Positions 18,825 to 28,784 of a stretch of DNA of 64,000 nucleotides are shown here, in pieces. Source of the stretch: a virus (lineage: Duplodnaviria; Caudoviricetes); IMG/VR virus record IMGVR_UViG_3300025410_000009; one strand, 5' to 3'. Every line of letters begins with the position of its first letter. Position 1 is the stretch's first letter. Made by a program: the position numbers and the translations under genes. The notes under the pieces were generated by a model that saw nothing but the letters and a program-made list of their open reading frames with translations, ran no database searches and had not been told where the DNA came from.

Positions 18825-21323
18825 TCAAAATGTGCCGCCATCTAACGCACCGTACTCAGAAACTACCCGAGCCCAGCCGGTCCAGTCAGCCGAGCCCACT
18901 TTGGTTCTAACATATTCAGCACCGTACTCGGTAGTGGTATCGTTGGGTTGATATTTTTGTACAACCACATCTTCACTTACCAACACCGTTAGCAAGCCTG
19001 TGGGCCATGCATCGTTGGGTGTGCCTGCAGTTGCGCTCCAACTACTTCTTTTTACCGCATACAAACCAAAATTAACATTCAAATTCCAGTTACTGGGATC
19101 GTTTCCGTGATCCACAAACGGCAATTCTAACAAGCTGATGGCTTGATTAATCTTGGCAATACTGTCAGTAACTGAATCTGTAGGCAACAGAGTTATGGCA
19201 TTACTGGTGAATGTGCCTGCAGTATTTGTGCCCAATGCTACTGCATTACCAAACAAGTTAGGCAGAGATACGCTGCCAGTAATTGCAATATTGCCGGCTG
19301 TGACCACATTAGCAGTCAACGTTGATGTTGTTATTGCGTTGTTGACTGTTAAGTTGTTGGTGGTGGTGTTGCCTGTAACTGTTGCAGTAGCAGCAGTCAA
19401 ACTGGTATTTGCTGTTATTACACCACCGCTGATATTAGTAGAATTGGTATTTGTGGCATTAACATTGACCGCGGTCATGTTAGTGACTGCTATGTTTCCG
19501 CCAGTTATAGCAACTGAATTGGCATTTTGCAATACCATGGTACCAACACCAGTAATACTGGCAATTGGTATGGTATTTGAGCTAGTGGTTGTCGAACCTA
19601 GACCGCGCAGGTATCCGTAGAAATTTGTACGTCCAGTACCGCCACTGGCAACAGGCACTGTGCCGGTATTGATGGTGATATCACCTGCTGCGCCATCACC
19701 GTTTGAAACTGTAATAAACGAACTCGACGATGTGACTTGGCGCAGAACCATGCTGCCATATGTGCTTCTAGCAACCACACCCGATGAAAAATCGGTAGGC
19801 AATTGTGCCAGTGATATGGTGTCAAGATCAATCACAGTCGAGAATGTTATTGGTGTAGTGCCAACTGTGATTTTTCCACCGGTGGCCAAACGCCAAACGC
19901 TACCACCATACAAAGTACCTTCTGTGACCACTACCAGTGTACCTGTGTACATACCAGTGGTGGTATTGGCATCGGCGCTGCGTGTCAGTGGGGTTCCGGC
20001 ACCGTTCCAGACATAGATACCGTTTTCTGCATTATTGGACTGGTTCTGTAACAGAACTCGATCATACACATTTAGGACAACACCGTCCCAGAGATTATTT
20101 GATCCAATGCTTTGGCGCGGATTTGATACCGTAATTGAAACTGTAGCAGTTGCTCTAACTGGCAACAAATAGCTGGGTGCTAGATCAACATGTCTAATTT
20201 GAATAACTTGTCGACCAGCATGTGTGGTTACATAAAGATAGTCACCATCAAATTCAATGCTGCCCAAGTCAGGAGCAGGGGTCAGTGTGCCATCAGTTAC
20301 CCGAATGGGAACTTCGTTATTGGCTTGCCCGTCTAAGAATAAAGTGGCAGTAACAGTACCACCGTGTGTTGCAGTGAATGCAGATTCGAAGATTGCATCA
20401 TTCAACACATACAAGCTGTTGGTGGTCAAGTTGAGTCCAACACCCAGGCCGCCGCTTATGACCACAGCACCGGTGTTTATGTCGTTGCTGTCAGTGCTGT
20501 TTAAGAATGTCACCTGCTGATCAGTTGTAGATCCAGCAGCAGTTACATTTTGTAAGGAAAGTGCTGTGGTAGTACCCGATAACACTTGCCCGTATTCGTT
20601 GACAGTGACTTGAGTATACGTGCCCGGAGTAGCACCAACCGAAGTCAATGCAATCTGATTGCCAGTTCTAGTGATACCGTAACCGGTACTCAGTGCACTG
20701 GGGCCATCAGTCCAAGTCAATACACCACTGCCGTTAGTGGTTAAAATTTGGTTGTAGCCGCCGCCACCAATGTTGATTTTGCTGACGTCACCAAGGTTAA
20801 CTGTGCCATCTGTATTGGGCACAATGTTATCAACTGCCAGTGTACCAACATTAATTCTAGTAGCGTTGACTGTGGCAACGTTGGCAGTTGTGCCAGTTAG
20901 TGTAGTAACGGTGGCTGCAGTGATTGCTGCAGATGGGGAAGTAATAGAACCAGTGTTGATCAGAGTACCAATGTTGGCATTGGCGCCAAACAAATTTGAT
21001 GCAGTGACCGAGTTGATGTTGGCTGTGGTTGATGTTAATGCACCTGAATTAACAATGGTTGTGGTGCTAAGTGAACTGGCTGCAACTCCGTATGTAAAAC
21101 TGGCAGAATTGGCCGTTATGCCACCAGATAATATCAATTGAGCAGCATAAATGTTGCCACCAATACCAACCCCACCCGAAACCACTAAGGCACCAGTTAC
21201 GGTACTAGTACTGGGCAGCACATTACTGATCGTGACTGCATTTGGTATATTAGAAATACTATTCTGCACATAAGATGATAGTGCAGCAGTAGTACTGGGA
21301 TTTTTTAAATAATTAATTGCCAT
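18825..21323 (-). CDS. Tail fibre-like protein
   Basis: 832 aa. Ser/Thr/Asn-rich beta-repeats, a DRVLLQNQS...ENGIYV...RSADA module, C-terminal DGGTF. Confidence 0.7.
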   Translation of the reverse strand: MAINYLKNPSTTAALSSYVQNSISNIPNAVTISNVLPSTSTVTGALVVSGGVGIGGNIYAAQLILSGGITANSASFTYGVAASSLSTTTIVNSGALTSTTANINSVTASNLFGANANIGTLINTGSITSPSAAITAATVTTLTGTTANVATVNATRINVGTLAVDNIVPNTDGTVNLGDVSKINIGGGGYNQILTTNGSGVLTWTDGPSALSTGYGITRTGNQIALTSVGATPGTYTQVTVNEYGQVLSGTTTALSLQNVTAAGSTTDQQVTFLNSTDSNDINTGAVVISGGLGVGLNLTTNSLYVLNDAIFESAFTATHGGTVTATLFLDGQANNEVPIRVTDGTLTPAPDLGSIEFDGDYLYVTTHAGRQVIQIRHVDLAPSYLLPVRATATVSITVSNPRQSIGSNNLWDGVVLNVYDRVLLQNQSNNAENGIYVWNGAGTPLTRSADANTTTGMYTGTLVVVTEGTLYGGSVWRLATGGKITVGTTPITFSTVIDLDTISLAQLPTDFSSGVVARSTYGSMVLRQVTSSSSFITVSNGDGAAGDITINTGTVPVASGGTGRTNFYGYLRGLGSTTTSSNTIPIASITGVGTMVLQNANSVAITGGNIAVTNMTAVNVNATNTNSTNISGGVITANTSLTAATATVTGNTTTNNLTVNNAITTSTLTANVVTAGNIAITGSVSLPNLFGNAVALGTNTAGTFTSNAITLLPTDSVTDSIAKINQAISLLELPFVDHGNDPSNWNLNVNFGLYAVKRSSWSATAGTPNDAWPTGLLTVLVSEDVVVQKYQPNDTTTEYGAEYVRTKVGSADWTGWARVVSEYGALDGGTF

Positions 21324-21345
21324 TTGTGTTTATGCCGTTGACCAA

Positions 21346-21705
21346 TTAATGACTTACTTCAAAACCCAAATTTAAATGTATTAAATTGTTTTGGTCTGAA
21401 TATGCACGTATGCTGTCGCCTTCTTGCAAGTAGATGGCAGAATCTCTAGTCATTACAATCAAGCTGTTGCCCGGAGCCACTTCCATACGATCAATCAATC
21501 TGATGCTTATGCTGTTTCTATAGAAATCCACGCTCACGTGAGCAGTTTGAGAATTGTCAACGTTGGCAACATATAGAGTTGTTATCTTGTACGAGCTGTT
21601 GCTAGTTGATGGATTTGATACCAAAACCGTGATAGCAGTGCCTATAGTTGTTGCGGTATTGTACCCATATACACTAGATACGGTGATTAGATTTGGTGCG
21701 GCCAT
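21346..21705 (-). CDS. Small virion beta-sandwich protein
   Basis: 119 aa (MAAPNL...VANVD...IYLQEGDSIRA); perfect TATAAATA box upstream. Confidence 0.65.
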   Translation of the reverse strand: MAAPNLITVSSVYGYNTATTIGTAITVLVSNPSTSNSSYKITTLYVANVDNSQTAHVSVDFYRNSISIRLIDRMEVAPGNSLIVMTRDSAIYLQEGDSIRAYSDQNNLIHLNLGFEVSH

Positions 21706-21731
21706 AGTTATTCTTCCAGCTTAGTTCTTAG

Positions 21732-21739
21732 TATTTATA
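21732..21739 (-). promoter_or_regulatory. T4-type late promoter TATAAATA
   Basis: Exact T4 gp55 consensus, 26 nt upstream of ATG 21705. Confidence 0.7.
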
Positions 21740-21768
21740 CGTTCGAACAATAGAGCGGGCCACGGCAG

Positions 21769-23523
21769 TTAAGTTACACTAAACACAGCTATTGCAGTAT
21801 AGGTATTTGATGCTTGATCTGTAGCAGTCCATATTGTATTGGTAGTAAAGCCAGAAGTTAGCGTACCAATTAGTACACCAGTGTTGACATCAAAAGACAG
21901 CCCGGGATCAAGTGGCCCAGCTATAGTCCAAATCAGCCCCGGAGTTAAGGTATAGCTTATACTAGTACCACCAACAGAATTGCCAGTTAACATATATAAG
22001 TTGGTAATTGATAATCCGGTACCGGGTGTGTTTGGGATCCACTCGCCGTACATGGGTGCAGGTGCAGGTGCTGGAGTTTGGAAATTTGCGGTGGCTGTAT
22101 ATATAGCATCAACCCCGGTAGTAGAAAATGTCACATTCATTGATGTGCCAGCGGTCAGTGTACCAGATAGTGTATAATCCGCAAATCTTAATCCAGGATC
22201 TCCAAAATCTCCAGTATAGGTCCAGGTTCCTGCGGGTTCCAAATTGAAACTTATTGTGCTTCCTGCCACACCTGTGCCCGATAGAGACGATGTGTGTTGA
22301 GCATAAGTTATACCATTTTGCGGAGTTGTACCAGCCCATGTACCATTGCTGTATGGCAGTGTAGCTACAAAATTAGCACTAGCCGAAGCTTTGAGACCGG
22401 TGGCGCTATAGGCTATCAAAGTCACTTTTGCTGCTGTGTCAGCTACACGCGGTGAGAACGACCAGGATCCTGCGGGCGGCAAACCAGAAACAACAGCACT
22501 GGTATTACCGCCCGCAGTATAAGTTGCTGACACGCTGGTGGTATGTGTGGTGGTGTAGTTGGCTGTGAATATCGTGCCAACTGGGCCCGAGCTTGGTGTA
22601 ATGCTGGATATGTGTACGGTGGGTCCGGGTAAAACCTTGATGTATACACATTGAGGTTCGCTCACTTGCCCGTGCTGGGTTATAGTGGCCCAACTGAATG
22701 TGTCTTGACCAACAAATTGAAAATTTGGCACGTATACAATACTGCGACGATCAGCTGAAAGTCTAGCATATCCGTTATAGGGCTGTGTAAGCACCACTGG
22801 CTCACAGTATAAACTGACACCGGTGTGTATATTTGTAGTAAAAATTGGTGCAAATCCGGATATATTGCCTTTGACCGTCATAAAGTCAACCCCGGCTGAG
22901 TTTGCATTAAAGGTTATACTACCAAATGTACTGTCAACAATCTGTATGTTTGCACCATTGTAGGCGTCTGGCGAACATCCGCTAATTGTTATATTTGAAT
23001 TTGTGAAAAATTGTGGGCCGACATCGTATTCAATTACAGTTTTAAACCCACGTCGGTGTCCACCAATGATGTTCCAACTATTAACTATGATGTTGGACAT
23101 CGTGGTTGTTTCCACATTGCCCTGAAAATTGCGTATGTCGATTTTGAGGCCACCCCACCACGGCGTGGCTTTGGTGTCGCATATTATCTTGATATCTCCC
23201 GAGACCGGGGTTGCAAAATGAATTTTGCGACCAACTACATTAAACGCTTGGTAAAGTGTTCTAGCAGTGATGCTGTTAACATCGGTGTCCTTGCCGGTCA
23301 CTCTGGGATTAACCAACCTAGATCCGTCCACATAGACTTCAACCCACTCGGGCGCGACTGGAGTCCAAGGCAAAGTCAGCACTGATACGGCTGCAGTCGA
23401 ATCAACTGAAATAGAATAGTTGTGCTCGCCGCGATCGCCAGAATTGTCAACTCGCCAGGGTGTTGATAATCTTAATTCGGGTGTAACTGGTACTACTACT
23501 GTATAATTTGGTACTACTATCAT
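21769..23523 (-). CDS. Virion protein with Ig-like/cadherin-like domains
   Basis: Start re-called at ATG 23523, 1 nt after the upstream stop. YVPNFQFVGQDTFSW motif and a duplicated C-terminal LTGNSVGGTSISY/LSGTGVAGSTISF module. Confidence 0.62.
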   Translation of the reverse strand: MIVVPNYTVVVPVTPELRLSTPWRVDNSGDRGEHNYSISVDSTAAVSVLTLPWTPVAPEWVEVYVDGSRLVNPRVTGKDTDVNSITARTLYQAFNVVGRKIHFATPVSGDIKIICDTKATPWWGGLKIDIRNFQGNVETTTMSNIIVNSWNIIGGHRRGFKTVIEYDVGPQFFTNSNITISGCSPDAYNGANIQIVDSTFGSITFNANSAGVDFMTVKGNISGFAPIFTTNIHTGVSLYCEPVVLTQPYNGYARLSADRRSIVYVPNFQFVGQDTFSWATITQHGQVSEPQCVYIKVLPGPTVHISSITPSSGPVGTIFTANYTTTHTTSVSATYTAGGNTSAVVSGLPPAGSWSFSPRVADTAAKVTLIAYSATGLKASASANFVATLPYSNGTWAGTTPQNGITYAQHTSSLSGTGVAGSTISFNLEPAGTWTYTGDFGDPGLRFADYTLSGTLTAGTSMNVTFSTTGVDAIYTATANFQTPAPAPAPMYGEWIPNTPGTGLSITNLYMLTGNSVGGTSISYTLTPGLIWTIAGPLDPGLSFDVNTGVLIGTLTSGFTTNTIWTATDQASNTYTAIAVFSVT

Positions 23524-23524
23524 T

Positions 23525-26500
23525 TTATCCACCGTGTAATAACCAAGCCACTGCATATCTACCACGTGGTATTTTACATATTAGCCCGGTATCAAATATA
23601 ACTCGATACGTATAGAAATTGGTGCCATAAATCAATTCAGGTTTAAAGTGCGAATAGCCTGCAGCAGCCGCTATAGCATCATGCTCGGTAGCAAATGCTC
23701 CGTACTCGGTGGTTATGTCTTCCTGCCACACAACGCCGCGATCCATCTCTGCGTAAGTAAACTTCATTATCATGGTGTAGCCTGAATCCACTTTGAATGA
23801 CGGTCTTACCGGTATAAACGGTATCGTATTCTGTTGTATCTGCAGACGTCGTGTAACCACCGACGATGTTGACTCTTGTTTGATTTGTACCGAGATCAAA
23901 ATATCGCTCAAATTTGTATTTGGTTTGTAGTGTGCACTTGTTAATATCAAACTTTGATAATTTTGAATATATTTTGGTCTAATTAAGATATCATCAGATT
24001 GAGCTTGTACGTACAATGGCCTGATCAAGGGCACATTGGGATTGTCGTGCACATAGATTGGCTTGATCATGATCGTATCGGGGTTGTCATGCACATAGAT
24101 TGGCTTGATCATGATCGTATCGGGGTTGTCATGTGACGAAATCATCTTGAGTAGGCGAGTCTCAGGATTGTCATGTGACGAAATCATCTTGAGCAAGCGA
24201 GTCTCAGGATTGTCATGTGACGAAATCATCTTGAGCAAGCGAGTTTCAGGATTGTCATGTGACGAAATCATTTTAATTAAACGAGTCTCGGGATTGTCAT
24301 GTGACGAAATCATCTTGAGCAGTCGAGTCTCGGGATTGTCATGTGACGAAATCATCTTGAGCAGTCGAGTCTCGGGATTGTCATGACCAACAATCATTTT
24401 AAGCAAGCGAGTCTCAGGATTCTCGTGCACAAACATGGTCTTGATCAATTTAATATTGACATGATCACGATCGTAATTTGTGCGTATCACAAACGAATCA
24501 AAATCGTTTTTGTCATACTGGCTTCGTATCACAAACGAATCAAAATCGTTTTTGTCATACTGGCTTCGTATCACAAACGAATCTGGATTGTTGTGACCAT
24601 ATGAGGTACGTAACAAAATTAAATTGGGGTTATTATCACCGTATGCATTTCGTATTACCGGTTCAGGCAATTGAAGATTTTCGTATGCCTGTATTCGTAC
24701 CTTGGCATCAGCTGTGGCTTCCAACTTGATTGGCAAGATTTGATTATTATCAAAATAATTAAAATCTATTTTGTACGAATAGTTACGATTGGTACCATAA
24801 TCATTGATCAATTTTTCATAGTGTGTATGATCTGATATCATAGTATTGATTTCTAAGTTGCTTGGAAATATCAATAATGTTTGTTTGTCTCTGTTAGGAT
24901 CCTGCAACGGTTTTGGCCCGTACGACAACGCAACAGTATTACTCAAAAGACGAGTATTATTTCCAAGTCCCAGTATATCATCAGACTTTATCCTAATAGG
25001 CAAATTTGGTCCACTGCGTGTACCATTAGTGCTCAGTAGCCTGGTGCCGCTCATGACCGATTGTTTGTCGTTAGATATAATTAATCTAGCACTCGACATG
25101 ACCGACTGTTTATCAGCTGATCGTAACTGGATAGCGCCGTAGGCATTTTGAAATGCAAACCCAATCTCCAATGATTTTGAGTGTGCAGACCTAGCAATAC
25201 TCAAGCTGGTGCTTGAAAATTTTGAATGTGCAGACCTAGCAATATTTGGTCCGATTCTGTAGAATTCGCTGTGATCAGATCTAGCAATCATCGGTCCAAT
25301 TCTATAAAATTCGCTGTGATTGGACCTAGTGACCATTGGCCCAATTCTGTAGAATTCACTGTGATCGGCTCTAGCAATCATTGGACCGATTCGATAGAAT
25401 TCACTATTATTGGCTCTAGCAACCATTGGGCCAATTCTATAAAAGTCAGAATGTGCTGCACGAGCTATTTCAGTGTTTAATTCTAAAAATTCAGTTTTTG
25501 CTGATCTAACAACAATAAACACGCCCGGACTAGTAAATGCCGAATGTGCTGATCGAGCTATTTCAGTGTTTAATTCTAAAAATGCCGAGTGGGCTGATCT
25601 AGCAATACTGATGCTGGTTCGCATGAATGCTGAATGTGCTGATCGAGCTATTTCGGTATTGGTTTCTAAAAATGCCGAGTGGGCTGATCTAGCAATACTG
25701 ATGCTGGTTCGCATGAATGCTGAATGTGCTGACCGAGCTATCTCCAAATTGACATTGGTAAATTCAGATTTATTCCCTAGACTTATTAAATTGTTAACTG
25801 CAACAAATTTGCTGTGTGCAGATCGTGATATCATGTTTGATGTTCGATCAAATTTTGTAACTGCTGCTCGATTCAATCCAGCATTATTCATAGTCAGCAT
25901 CACATGTGCCGATTTCATGTATTGAGCTACACTAATATCTCGACGAGATTTATTTTTGTTTTTAAAATCCAATAGGTCATGCGATCTACCAATAGCGGTG
26001 TTGTGTCTACGTGATGTCAATTGTGTGCTGCGATTTTTGACCATTGATTTACCACCAATTAATCGGTCACGGTTTATCATGGCCGAACTGTTTAAAGTCA
26101 ATGCCAAAGCGCCAGCATGTGTAAAATTTGGAAGGCCCATGGTTTGATTTACTATCTCCCAAGTGCCTACAACCAGTTCAACCACATCGTCATCAACATC
26201 GGTGTAGACTTGAGTAATAGTCACGTTGCTATCAAAATAGCTTTCCACAGTACGACCCAGAGCAATTTCTGTACCCAACTTTACATTGACATAAAAGTCG
26301 GATGTTATAACCCCGTTTATAATAAAAAAACTGTTGCCCCCACTGATGCCCAAATTGGCCGAAAAATTACCAGTTATCCCAGACACAGCTATGTTGGCTG
26401 TTACACATTGTATTATGGGTGGCTCAGTTACTTCAGGTACAAATGCCCCAGTGATAAAACTTTGTGTGGGCATGTCAATTATTTCCTCAGCACCAGTCAA

Positions 26501-28714
26501 GATTGGTGGATTAAATCGCACATAAGGTTGTTCCAATGCCGGAAACGATAAAAAATCAATTGGTGTTGGTACTATGTTTTGTGCTATAAATTTAAAAATT
26601 TGTGCGCCTAACACATACACCACATTAGTATCATACTGTTTGTAACTGGAAACAAAAGACACTGCCAGTAAATCGCCACCGGCGAATTGCGAATAGTAGT
26701 CACCAACTACCAATACACCATTTTTTGTAATAGTGACTGTGTAGTAGTTGGGTATAACAAACTGATATATAGCAGTATCACCGCTGACCACAGTATCTTG
26801 TTCAACCTGAGACAGCGGATACAGTCCGTTATAGGAAATAACCACAGGACTAGACAGTGCTGGATTCAGGCTGATAGGAATCGCAAATTGTCTCTGGCCT
26901 AGGGTAAAAATAGGTGCTAGGCCCGAACTCACTTGCTTGTCTAGGCCGGCATACACAGTTACCGTAACAATGTCGTTGGGGTTTACCATGAGTGTGCCGT
27001 CGTAATCGAGGCCATTTAATTTCAATGACCCGTACTCGATGCCCATCAAGACCGGCTGTAAATGCTTGGGCATGGTAAAACTTTCGCTATACAAGCCGTT
27101 GGCATCAGGCAGCTTGATAGAAAAATCAAAGTATCTGGGAAAGTAAGTTTGTGCTACCGCTTTGACTTGAAAGTCAAATGCACTGTCGCCAATGATACAA
27201 GGTACTTGTTGTACACCAGCAACATGTACTGCATAGCTGATGGCAAACACATCACCGTTATTCAATTGAGCACCTACAGTACCGGCACTGTTGGATCTAA
27301 CACCGTTTATCCAAAGTACCACACCCGGCGGGGTATATGTGGTCACCGACTGTACACCCAACAGTTGTGCGGTTATCAAATTACTACCTACATGGCTCAC
27401 AGGAGCGGTAACCGGTTTGAATTGGAACGGAATTATTCTATATAAATCTTTGGTTTCTAACAGCGTGAAATCTTTAAGCCAGTGCGAGGCTATAATGCTG
27501 CCCCCTAGGACCGATACCCACGTGACTTTGTAACCAAATGTTAAAGTTTTAACCAGGTGGAAACTAAAATCGTAAACCAAAACTTCAGGTGAATCGTTGC
27601 CACAGATGTACAGCAAGTTGTCTCTGACTTGTGTGTAACTGGGACTAAATCCGCCGGTAAAGAACGAATCTACAAATTGATTGGTCACGGTGTCATACAC
27701 AAATATTTCACCAGTTTCACCTTCGGGTATACAAATACGTGTATCAACTCTGATGGGCTGACCCAATGCAATTCCCTGCCGTAATTCAGTAAAAACACCG
27801 GCATTGGTAACTGAAAATATCTTGTTAGACTGTGTGGTTATGATGGCAGCCGACGAGTCGGGAAATGCAGCTATGCCAAACGCATACTCGTCAAAATTGT
27901 AAGTGGCTATCAAGTTATACGACATTGTTGGATCTAAGATCCAGATTGTACCGTTGCCGGCTACCCAGACATAGCTACCATCGTAGTCCAAACATGTAGC
28001 AGCCGGCACTGACTTGGTTGATCGTATTTTTCTAAGATATGTGATCTCGTCTTCGCCTGGTATTCTTGACACATAGGTCAGGTCAACAAATTCGCTATAA
28101 TTTAAAATAGCGTTCAGTCGCGGAATAGGATTTTTCGAAAGTGTCGCTTGTACATTATATAATGAACCACCAAAGCATAGAATCAGCACTTCGTTAGTAC
28201 CGTATATTCTCACATAATCAATGGGTGCCGACGGCAATGATATTTTGCTTATTAATATGCCACTGGCATTGTAAAAGTATGCAGCATTGCTATTGTCATC
28301 CATCACAACATGGCAATCCGATGTCAACAAGTTTGTGGTTGCGCCCAGTGTGACTGGATAGTTTTTGCCAGACGGAGTCTGATAGGTCAGTGTATGGTCT
28401 GTAGGAAAATAGTTATACCACTGTTTCTTTGGATCAATTACGTGAAATGTAAAAGGTTTTTGACATATTACTGCAAATACCTGTGGTACACCATTGATGG
28501 TATAATTGTAAAATGCAGTATATAAGAAATCAACAGGTGCGGTAACTGCCGCAACCACAACGTCACTGGCATTTGCTGTTGCATATTGCCCATGTGATGC
28601 ACCATTGATTTGAAAATCAATGTTGTCGGTGGTGGCTAACGATATGGTTTCGGTTGCAACAAATTGTGTAGTTACTTGCGAATTTGGAAAAGCTCTTGAG
28701 ATCGACGAAAACAT
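23525..28714 (-). CDS. Giant virion-type protein with a possible beta-propeller N-region and a long 15-aa/14-aa repeat region
   Basis: 1729 aa with a GGAG SD. Propeller-like blades (CLDYDGSYVWVAG, LYICGNDSPEVLVYD) and tandem repeats at ~24040-25900. Confidence 0.7.
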   Translation of the reverse strand: MFSSISRAFPNSQVTTQFVATETISLATTDNIDFQINGASHGQYATANASDVVVAAVTAPVDFLYTAFYNYTINGVPQVFAVICQKPFTFHVIDPKKQWYNYFPTDHTLTYQTPSGKNYPVTLGATTNLLTSDCHVVMDDNSNAAYFYNASGILISKISLPSAPIDYVRIYGTNEVLILCFGGSLYNVQATLSKNPIPRLNAILNYSEFVDLTYVSRIPGEDEITYLRKIRSTKSVPAATCLDYDGSYVWVAGNGTIWILDPTMSYNLIATYNFDEYAFGIAAFPDSSAAIITTQSNKIFSVTNAGVFTELRQGIALGQPIRVDTRICIPEGETGEIFVYDTVTNQFVDSFFTGGFSPSYTQVRDNLLYICGNDSPEVLVYDFSFHLVKTLTFGYKVTWVSVLGGSIIASHWLKDFTLLETKDLYRIIPFQFKPVTAPVSHVGSNLITAQLLGVQSVTTYTPPGVVLWINGVRSNSAGTVGAQLNNGDVFAISYAVHVAGVQQVPCIIGDSAFDFQVKAVAQTYFPRYFDFSIKLPDANGLYSESFTMPKHLQPVLMGIEYGSLKLNGLDYDGTLMVNPNDIVTVTVYAGLDKQVSSGLAPIFTLGQRQFAIPISLNPALSSPVVISYNGLYPLSQVEQDTVVSGDTAIYQFVIPNYYTVTITKNGVLVVGDYYSQFAGGDLLAVSFVSSYKQYDTNVVYVLGAQIFKFIAQNIVPTPIDFLSFPALEQPYVRFNPPILTGAEEIIDMPTQSFITGAFVPEVTEPPIIQCVTANIAVSGITGNFSANLGISGGNSFFIINGVITSDFYVNVKLGTEIALGRTVESYFDSNVTITQVYTDVDDDVVELVVGTWEIVNQTMGLPNFTHAGALALTLNSSAMINRDRLIGGKSMVKNRSTQLTSRRHNTAIGRSHDLLDFKNKNKSRRDISVAQYMKSAHVMLTMNNAGLNRAAVTKFDRTSNMISRSAHSKFVAVNNLISLGNKSEFTNVNLEIARSAHSAFMRTSISIARSAHSAFLETNTEIARSAHSAFMRTSISIARSAHSAFLELNTEIARSAHSAFTSPGVFIVVRSAKTEFLELNTEIARAAHSDFYRIGPMVARANNSEFYRIGPMIARADHSEFYRIGPMVTRSNHSEFYRIGPMIARSDHSEFYRIGPNIARSAHSKFSSTSLSIARSAHSKSLEIGFAFQNAYGAIQLRSADKQSVMSSARLIISNDKQSVMSGTRLLSTNGTRSGPNLPIRIKSDDILGLGNNTRLLSNTVALSYGPKPLQDPNRDKQTLLIFPSNLEINTMISDHTHYEKLINDYGTNRNYSYKIDFNYFDNNQILPIKLEATADAKVRIQAYENLQLPEPVIRNAYGDNNPNLILLRTSYGHNNPDSFVIRSQYDKNDFDSFVIRSQYDKNDFDSFVIRTNYDRDHVNIKLIKTMFVHENPETRLLKMIVGHDNPETRLLKMISSHDNPETRLLKMISSHDNPETRLIKMISSHDNPETRLLKMISSHDNPETRLLKMISSHDNPETRLLKMISSHDNPDTIMIKPIYVHDNPDTIMIKPIYVHDNPNVPLIRPLYVQAQSDDILIRPKYIQNYQSLILTSAHYKPNTNLSDILISVQIKQESTSSVVTRRLQIQQNTIPFIPVRPSFKVDSGYTMIMKFTYAEMDRGVVWQEDITTEYGAFATEHDAIAAAAGYSHFKPELIYGTNFYTYRVIFDTGLICKIPRGRYAVAWLLHGG
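24126..24430. repeat. 42-nt tandem repeat encoding HDNPETRLLKMISS (six near-identical plus degenerate copies)
   Basis: TTGTCATGTGACGAAATC recurs at 24126, 24168, 24210, 24252, 24294 and 24336, with a variant at 24378. Confidence 0.9.
25040..25900. repeat. 45-nt (15-aa) degenerate tandem repeats: IARSAHSAF, FYRIGPMIAR and DKQSVMS families
   Basis: Visible in the translation; near-exact 90-nt duplication at 25581 and 25671. Confidence 0.85.
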
Positions 28715-28784
28715 TTACTGCTCCAAATTCACAAATGCTGGGTTTGTTACTCCCAACGCCGCATATGATTGCATGTAAGCAACA

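Noticed and set aside
1457-21323. Diversity-generating retroelement acting on the fibre genes
   Set aside because: No reverse transcriptase, and no near-identical TR/VR pair differing at adenines was seen; repeated modules are diverged at all bases.
24126-24430. Regular 42-nt repeats resembling a CRISPR array
   Set aside because: The units are head-to-tail with no unique spacers, keep the reading frame, and vary mostly at synonymous positions; no cas genes are present.
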